A stretch of 60,000 nucleotides of DNA from Botryllus schlosseri (lineage: Eukaryota), in NCBI GenBank assembly GCA_051294905.1, contig CM119371.1:22198001-22258000 (forward strand), read 5' to 3'. The notes beneath the pieces are model-generated. The model saw only the letters and a program-made list of their open reading frames with translations, was not told the DNA's origin and did no database searches. The stretch's first letter is position 1, and every line of letters begins with the position of its first letter. Below are positions 53,774 to 60,000 of this stretch, piece after piece. Position numbers and translations under genes: made by a program.

Positions 53774-54245
53774 GTATTACCTTGCCATATTGGTTTCGCG
53801 TTTGACTCTGTTTGAATCCCTTTCGTTTGTCGATAGCTATTGATATCAGACACGAGAAAAGAGCTATAATGAATGTATCCTTGCAATGGATGCTGTGGCT
53901 TTTGCCCGTCTTGCCCGACATAAATCTTCCCCGTTTACAATAGATATGTCAGTATATCTGAGCACGATCATACGATGCATTTAGATGCGATATACTTCAG
54001 TACTATACATACACTTCGGCTAAATTTGAGGCTTGGGGTTTGGTTACGTTTAGATTGGGGTTTAGAAAAGCGCATGCTTCGGTATCGCATGCATGTTGTT
54101 TTCCATTGTGCCGCACGCTATAAAAAGGCTGGCAACCCATAAATCCATGTGTCATGCTCAGCGCCCACATTGCTCACTCACGTTTGCAGAAAATTTTGCT
54201 CATAGCACATCTCAGATCAAAGCCCCCGGTTTTATCAAGATAACG

Positions 54246-54438
54246 TCATCCGCGATTCAGTCCGATGCAGGCTAGATATTCCAAACGAGCCGACGGCACA
54301 GGAATAGAACTACGCAAGCGTCTCGTTCCGGCCTTGTCTTGTTCTTGATCTCGCGTTTGCAATATATCACAATCAAAATGCTTTCGTCTGGCAACGCGCT
54401 GGTAAGGTAGATCGCAGTGGTTATAGCTATAACTAAGG
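54246..54438 (-). CDS. Terminal coding exon of a putative antisense Cys-rich protein gene
   Basis: Phase 2 acceptor ttttacacag|C; reads LSYSYNHCDLPYQRVARRKHFDCDILQ...LACIGLNRG*. This is a different frame from the listed 54272-54475 ORF. Confidence 0.5.
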
Positions 54439-56063
54439 CTGTGTAAAATCGAATAACAGAGCGATACTGTTCCAAGTCTAGTATGAAGCTTCGAGTCGAA
54501 TCGAGTGTACGGGTACCGCTCTTCTTGGCGTCATAACAGTAGGAGAGACTTGGAAGTGTGGTAATGCCTACTTTTTGGCAACCAGGAAGTAAATAACGCA
54601 GGATACATGTAGTTATATGGAATATTTCAAGTTTGCTGACAATAATCTGTCATTGCGAGCGTGTGTCGCGTTTCCCATAGTTTGACAGTTGGGAAATTTT
54701 CAGCGTTTACAAATTAGATTTGAAGTAGTATTACAGATATACGCAGTTTCTTTCCAAATTAGTTTAGAATTAGAAATATAGCTCTCCAAGTAAGTTTATT
54801 AAACAACTCTAATTATTTAGTTGTGAAGCTCCGCCTCTATTGCGTGTATTGAATGATACGCTACCTCAAGAGTACTGCGATGGCATGAGATTATCGTAAG
54901 GACAATTTTCGCCCACAAAAGGAAAGGGGGGGGGGGGTTCGCCGAGCTGCTATGAGATTGCCCATCGACCTAGCCTGATAAAAAATGTGTCTAAAATCCG
55001 ATCTGGCTATGCTCTTGCGAAAAACGCCAGCCATTGTGAACACACAACACAATATGTGAATCATGTCATCGCAATTCAAAAGTCAAACACACTTACTGCC
55101 AAGTTCGCTAACCGTGGTATCGTATTATATTCCAGACCATTTTCGTAGAATCCATAGATTCGATTACACGTTTCCCGCATTCGCGATTCAATTCAAAGTC
55201 GTCTTTGTCTCACAGAAAAATTTGCTTTTCCACAAATTACCGGGTGACATAACAGAACGGATGTGCCTATTTGGTTTCGCAGCGTTTGCGATACGCGTTG
55301 ATGTACGACCTTATGCTGAAAACAGTTGATATCAGCACAAGCTTAGTGCTGAGTGGCGTGGCTGAGTAGGATATGCTTTAAATCGGGATTGCTCCAGTTG
55401 GAAAATAGATGATCGGCTGGTATTGTACACTGTAAACGAAAATCGCGTATTTCAACTGTTTTCATCGTAGCTTATCGTGCAAATCTGATAAACGACCATT
55501 TATGGTACACAATTATGCTTTCAAACCCATTCCACTTACGAAAACCGAGTCAAAGAAACCCGTTGGTATGGAGATGTATGTATATTCCATGCAGTGGCGT
55601 ATGGGTTCGTTCTGTTGAGATATATTACCGTTTTGCGACCTCGTTGGGTGGTATATAAAAACAGAACCTATAGTCCATCCCTGGGTGATATCCCCATACG
55701 AATTGGCATACTTGTCTCGTGTTTACCCATTAGAATGGATGTGAAAGCAATATTCTTTAGAGCAAAGTGTTCTTGACCTGATATGCACTCCACGCTAGGG
55801 CGGAAATAGACGAAATGTACAATTTTCCTGGTACAAAAGTTAACTCACTATGAACGGTTGATGAATTCCGTAGTGTATAATCGGATGCTATAATCTTCAA
55901 AATATGTACGCGTTATTGCACGAATTGAAACGCGAATCGTAAATCATAAATCAGGTGCATAGGCTTAATCATATGTCTTAATCATAAATGTTCGTAGAAC
56001 GCAAATGATTAGTAATAGCCCTGTGACCTGGAGCAATAAGAAATGACCAGTACGGGTCCTGAC

Positions 56064-56229
56064 CTCAGGTAGATGGGCAGGCAGTCGACGTTAAACTTAT
56101 CATTGTCCAACCACACACTGTCACACCACACTCTCTTGTTGACGGTTAGCACTGTCGCATTTTTACACGGACTCAATGTTGACTTCTCATTTGCGAGGGT
56201 TGTGTCGTACACACAGTTACCCGTGGCAC
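56064..56229 (-). CDS. Middle exon of the putative antisense Cys-rich protein gene
   Basis: Phase 1 acceptor tttttcaaacgcag|GT and phase 2 donor AG|GTCAGG; reads ATGNCVYDTTLANEKSTLSPCKNATVLTVNKRVWCDSVWLDNDKFNVDCLPIYL. Confidence 0.55.
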
Positions 56230-57412
56230 CTGCGTTTGAAAAAGGCGCTGCAGATTTTGATCTGTTGGTACTGTACGCCTGACTGGATCACCGCCCCGCG
56301 TTTACGATATGTTAGATATCTCGGCAGATGCGCCTTTTCGAGAGTTAGTGTTTCAAACGCCGGCGTTAGGCAGCGCCAAGATATTTTGTCTATTAGAATC
56401 CGATTTTTATCGATGATTTCACGTAGAGGTGTTAAGATCTTCGTACGCGTCGCTTGTTGATATACCAGGAAATACAGCCGCGAAAATGGTAGCAATACAT
56501 TCGGATATGATCGAGTTATAGTGCCAAATTTCAGGCTGGTAATAATTGGTATTGGCGTACATTCCCATCAGGTAATTTTTCACCGGTAACAATGCTTGGT
56601 GCTTGCAATTTAGGCAAAATGCTTTCGAGTTTGTTTTGCTACCTGCGGAAATAGTAACGCATCAAGTTGGGAGTCTTAATCTCATGTGACGTCATTATGC
56701 AGGTAACATCACAATGTGAACGCCAGAAGACCCTTTTTCTTGGTACTGGTGGTCCTGTTATTAATACGCTCAATTCCAGTTCCGGTTCCAAATTTCGATC
56801 TTTATAGATTGACAACCAGGAGTTTATTATGGCGCAAATCCAGGCCCTGCTATGATTGAAATTGAAATATTATTTATACTTTCAAACAGTGTGCGAACGA
56901 TCAATATCGGTACTATAGTTTCGCTGCCCAACCGGACTACATTTACTAAAACGTTCTGTATCTGACCAGCGTTTCGAATCCAGCCAGAATATTAAGATTT
57001 CTTTTACGTTCAAGTTCAAATTTATGCTGATCAGCGCGGTAGGGACACACCTTACCCGTAATGGCGCAGGATAGGTCGGTATTACGAAGTACTCAGTACC
57101 GGTACTCGAGCTCAGCTTGCATCTTAGCATAATCACTATCAGGCCAACTCGCGCAGTTTCGGTAATCGGTAATGAAATTATTTTCGGATATTTCGAGACT
57201 TGTCAGTCTGCCGCGAAATTAAAATTCAACTTGATAACCACTCATCATTCCGGAAGTAAAATAGCTACCGTGGTATTAATGTGCGATGTGGTGTAATCGG
57301 TGACGAAGACCTTTTTTTGCGCATAGTTGCCAGTGATGTTGAACTCTAGCAGCGTAGCAAATTATTGCAGCTGGTGCCGTGCGCTTGTGAGTTGGTCAAT
57401 GCTTATCTATAA

Positions 57413-57881
57413 TAGGCTTACCATACGTCCTCTTTTAAGAGGATTTGTCCTCTTTTTTGACTTTTTTGAAAGTGTCCTCGGAGGACGCCCTTTTGTCCTC
57501 TTTTTTGAGATTTTGTCCTCTTTTTTGAAAATTTAGGTCAGATTTAGAGGAAATTGCGAGTGATATGCCGCAAATTAGCGCAGAAGTGAAGCTCCGGCGG
57601 GTATTTCGGAGGGAAAAGTGGTGATTTCAGCTCTGAGCGAAAAGAAGACCTTTTTTTTTTTTTTTTTTAGTCATCTACCTAGCAATGTGGAGTGAAAAAC
57701 GTGTTTTTGAGCTCTGAGCGGAAGTGATGACCTTTTTTTTTTTTTTTTTTTTTCTTGTTTAGTCAACCGATCATGAAGCGGGTGAAATTTACCTGTTTTT
57801 GAGAATTCTTCTCCAGTTTTGCTTGTCTGAAATTTCTGAAAAAGTGTCCTCTTTTTTCATTTCCGAAATATGGTAAGCCTA
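57413..57881. mobile_element. MITE family B variant (TAGGCTTACCATA TIR)
   Basis: Perfect TSD ATCTATAA; TGTCCTCTTTT repeats; two internal GCTCTGAGCG...GACC-poly(T) modules. Confidence 0.92.
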
Positions 57882-58891
57882 ATCTATAAGAATTCAGTTG
57901 AAAATAATTTTACGTAATTCTGCTTAATCTTTGACCGCGCAGGGTGTTCACAAACTGGGTTTGTTAGATCTACTACAGCTGTCCAGTTCCAGCTAGTAAT
58001 CGCGTTTAGGACAAGCATGAGGAATGTGCAAAGCCAAGATGTAGGCTCATTGTGACCTATTTGTAGTGTCATGGTCGTTAGTCGAGAGGATGCAATATCG
58101 ACGAGAGTTACGCGAGCGGAATTAAGTGAGGAAGCCACTAGCGCTTTAACCCAAGAGACTTCGAAGTCTAAAAGAATAGCGCCCGACCACTGTCTTTCGG
58201 CGCTTACATAGCTCAGTTCATGAACCGGGCGTTGTCCAGCGGAATTCCAAACTGTTCAAGATTGCTCTTTGGGCTCGCGGGTCATCTGACGACGGCTGTG
58301 TTTACGGTCGAGGCGCAGATGCTATCGCTAGCATGACTGATGCAGAAGGCATCGCTTGAGATCGCTGGCGCATGTAGTGTAGGTTCTTTAAAAATTCGTG
58401 CCCGAACTGAGATACGAATCAATCAACATGGTGGATATATATCAAGCTGATTTGGTTCCTACTTGAGTATTAAGCATCGGGTTTAGAGGTATGATTTTAT
58501 AACAGTGATAACGAAATGAAATGTTCAAGAACGTATTTTCTAGCGCCCACAAGGAAAGTGACACCAGTTACCCGTTATCCAAACAAACACCGGTATCGTG
58601 TTTATGGACAATGGCTATCTCGTAGCGCTTTGTGACAACAGTGAGGGTCGATCATTACTCGGCTGAAATGCCGTACCATGAATATTCGTAACCTGGTGTA
58701 ACATGTTTTTCTATGGTGAACTACGGATAGTCGGGATTGTGACGCTCCAACGTTGGAACTAGAACAGGTTTATTTCAAACTAGAGTCCGCGGACTGGTTT
58801 TAAGGGTAACATAAGGGTAACATGTACAGACAATGAAAATGTCAGTGTTGCTCGATCAAAAACGAAGTCACGATATTGAGTTCTTGTAGAT

Positions 58892-58945
58892 CAGTGGGTC
58901 TCAAACTGGGGAGAGTTAAATCATCTGGAGGGGGCGCGAAGCTGC
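58892..58945. mobile_element. Left end of a hAT MITE
   Basis: CAGTGGGTCTCAAACTGGGG...GGGGGCGCGAAG. Confidence 0.45.
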
Positions 58946-59505
58946 AGTCAACTGAAAAACTTTTTCGCGAAAAAAATGGCATTCGGTATTCCTCGAATTC
59001 AGTAAAACGAGCATTTGTAACCAGTTTATTTTTATTCTGTTTTCATGCGTTCAGATTTATAGCCGGACTCAGGTTGAAACAAACCACAAACATTTTAGGG
59101 CCCGCGCTTCGTGTTGTTAGTGACACTATATTTATCGCATATCAAAATTGATTTTATGTGAAGGTATGTATATATATTGTCGTTTTGCGCAAAAAATGAC
59201 TCTTGCTATATTCGAATTATTACTATTGATACACTTCTAACCATCTCACCCTGGCGCCGTCAGTGCAGCTTCGCAAGATAGACTCCAATTTTACGTAGGC
59301 TCACCCGAGCCTATCGGTGACCTTACCTACTAATGATTACGTCACCGGTTCGCATCCCGCGCGCGCCGTCGGATCATCCGACCGAAGCCAGCGAAAGCAA
59401 GCCAGCGTATTATGATTTCCATGCTCATCGCCTGCATCAATCTGGATTAGCGATCCATGTAATTTGACGTAAGCCCCGCAAGGCTGTGTGCGCTACAGGG
59501 CTTAC

Positions 59506-59592
59506 GAAATTGTGAGTCGGTCGCTTTAGGCGTGGAGGTGGCCGAAGCAGTCGTCGTTAGTACTCGAGTCGAAGTAACTTCGTAATTCTCCA
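59506..59592 (-). CDS. Thr-rich exon of the putative antisense gene
   Basis: Splice sites tatatttcag|TG and C|GTAAGC, phase 1-1; reads ENYEVTSTRVLTTTASATSTPKATDSQF; the other two frames are closed. Confidence 0.5.
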
Positions 59593-59740
59593 CTGAAATA
59601 TACGTAGAACTAGTGGTATTCAAGTAAGTGAAAAGGTAAATATTCCGGTTTCTATCTAGTTTCGCATGAAAAATGATAATCATTTAGTAGAGTAATTAGT
59701 CTGAATCATAACCACTTGGATAAGTATGACAGTACGTAAT

Positions 59741-60000
59741 TATGGCTGGGCAAAATCGAGTACCAGAGTGATTCGATTCTGAATCACGTATTATAATTCA
59801 AATCGAGTCGAGTATTCGAGTATTACTCATTATGACATCACAGCAGAATGTAATATGTCAAAGTTCAAATATGTACCTTGTGTGCCATCACAAACAATAT
59901 AATGTCTCTTATCCATCACATTACCGAAACTTTGGTATTTTTTCGAACATACCGAAGTCATTGTACTTTGTGACAAAGTTGTGGGACGATCATGACTTCG
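59741..60000 (-). mobile_element. MITE family A, reverse copy truncated by the window edge
   Basis: TATGGCTGGGCAAAATCGAGTACC..GTGATTCGATTCTGAATCACGTA is the reverse complement of the family A right end. Confidence 0.88.

Noticed and set aside
54272..54475. Hydrophobic ORF resembling a GPCR TM1
   Set aside because: It has Pro/Asp/Glu in the middle of the helix and no further TM exons were found; the alternative frame fits the upstream exon phase.

Overview
Eukaryotic (animal, invertebrate-like) genomic DNA. It is AT-rich, mostly intronic, shows no obvious CpG depletion and has no prokaryotic features; a tunicate source is plausible but not proven. Almost all ORFs in the track are spurious. 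The recognisable host gene is a tensin on the + strand: an exon with the GPLDGSLYAKV motif (38722-38952), a phase-compatible Ser-rich exon (39998-40343) and a candidate alternative start exon (38455-38537). On the - strand, three phase-compatible exons (59506-59592, 56064-56229, 54246-54438) splice into an unrecognised Thr-rich, Cys-rich protein with loose IL-17/cystine-knot-like spacing, probably nested in a tensin intron. The rest is dense with DNA-transposon relics: hAT/Charlie derivatives with 8-bp TSDs, several MITE families (one nested in itself, one inserted in a SINE), a tRNA-derived SINE family, and a 2.5-kb foldback element with satellite-bearing ~0.9-kb TIRs that holds a Tigger/pogo-like fragment. 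All calls were read by eye; no searches were run.
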